A DNA stretch of 64,000 bases from Girardia tigrina. Its lineage: Eukaryota. The position numbers were made by a program, and so were the translations under genes. The notes beneath the pieces are model-generated. The model was not told where the DNA came from. It saw nothing but the letters and a program-made list of their open reading frames with translations, and searched no databases. Below, piece by piece: positions 62,792-64,000 of this stretch (position 1 is the first letter of the stretch; each line of letters starts with the position of its first letter). The DNA lies in assembly GCA_001938485.1 (NCBI GenBank), contig MQRK01247048.1, positions 1-64,000 on the forward strand, written 5' to 3'.

Positions 62792-64000
62792 TGTTAGAAT
62801 CTGTGGGGACACCACTCGGAGAACAAATATCCATCACTAAATTATATTTAATAATCACAATTAATTATCTGATATTGAAAAATTGATGGATTGAGTTGAT
62901 TTTCTGATAATTTTCTGATTTCTGAATTTCCACTCTGATTTTCAAATCCCGGACAATTTCTGCTAATTATTAAAACAATTTGTTTTTTTTTTAAACTTAT
63001 TTTTAATAAATTTATTTAATTATTTCTTAAAAAAATTGAGAAACTAAATTACTAAAGTTTTATTTTTTTTTTGTTAAACCGGTATTTTAAAAAATTATAT
63101 TTAATTAACTAATTTAACTTAATTTCGATTGTCTATTTCAAAAATTTTCCGTTTACTATTAATTCCTAACATTCCCCCCTTTCTTTAAAATTTTTGATCT
63201 TCTCCACATTTCGTACTATTTGTTTTTTATTTTCGTCCTCTAATCGATAACTTCTGTCGTGAATCTTCTCAACTATCCTATAAGGTCCTTCGTATTTGTC
63301 ATCCGCTTTAGTCCTTATCTCCTTCTTCACCCATACTTTGTCTCCGATATTAAATGAGCGGCGTGTAGTTGTTTCCGTATATTCCTTTTTNNNNNNNNNN
63401 NNNNNNNNNNNNNNNNNNNNNNNNNNNNNNNNNNNNNNNNTACCATTTTTGTCTGTCAATTTTCCTTCCGAAAATTATCTCCGCCGGGCTTTTCCCCAAT
63501 GTTTTCTGTCTTGTCGCGTTCAATGTAAATTCCACCTCAGGTAACATGTCTGCCCAACTTGTTTCGTTCCTTTCTTTGAGGCTCACTTGAATATATTCCC
63601 TAATTGTACGGAATTGTCTCTCCACCATACCATTAGTGTTGTGATGGTATGGGCTTGAGAATATTAATTGAATTCCGAACTGCATCATCAGTTCTTGTAT
63701 CCTATNNNNNNNNNNNNNNNNNNNNNNNNNNNNNNNNNNNNNNNNNNNNNNNNNNNNNNNNNNNNNNNNNNNNNNNNNNNNNNNNNNNNNNNNNNNNNNN
63801 NNNNNNNNNNNNNNNNNNNNNNNNNNNNNNNNNNNNNNNNNNNNNNNNNNNNNNNNNNNNNNNNNNNNNNNNNNNNNNNNNNNNNNNNNNNNNNNNNNNN
63901 NNNNNNNNATATCGATGTATACTTTTTCAAACAGTTCTGTAGCTATTATCTTAATAGTTTCTTCCTTCGTTTTTGTGGTATCTGTCTTAGTTCGTTGACA
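62792..64000 (-). mobile_element. 3' end of a Ty3/Gypsy element (integrase, PPT, 380-bp LTR)
   Basis: Integrase SSPYHHNTNGMVER and GPY module, PPT AAAGGGGGGAA, LTR 62792-63171 with TGTTAG...CTAACA ends. Confidence 0.9.

Overview
Very AT-rich eukaryotic (invertebrate) scaffold with several N gaps; 43-45 bp introns, multiple TRAF paralogues and the base composition would fit a triclad flatworm, but that is inference only. Host genes: two intronless DUSP12/YVH1 paralogues of very different GC content (5.6-6.5 kb, 43.1-44.0 kb), one apparently intact three-exon TRAF gene (49.7-51.2 kb) with inverted MATH-less copies behind it, and a second, probably decaying TRAF gene with a ~12 kb TE-filled intron (14.5-28.3 kb). 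Most of the rest is nested mobile DNA: several Ty3/Gypsy families (many solo LTRs with 5-bp TSDs), an RTE-like LINE, Penelope-like remnants with minimal hammerhead motifs, and hAT, mariner, pogo, Helitron and foldback pieces. Most notable: (1) a decayed Gypsy-type Gag followed, with no recognisable pol, by a chuvirus-like class III glycoprotein in what looks like one former ORF (56.6-61.3 kb); (2) an HDV-like ribozyme fold at the 5' end of an RT-less RTE element with C2H2 fingers; (3) a G6PD cDNA fragment fused to the start of a Gypsy RT; (4) a TG...TA LTR family with a conserved E-box-containing core. All calls were made by eye; no searches were run.
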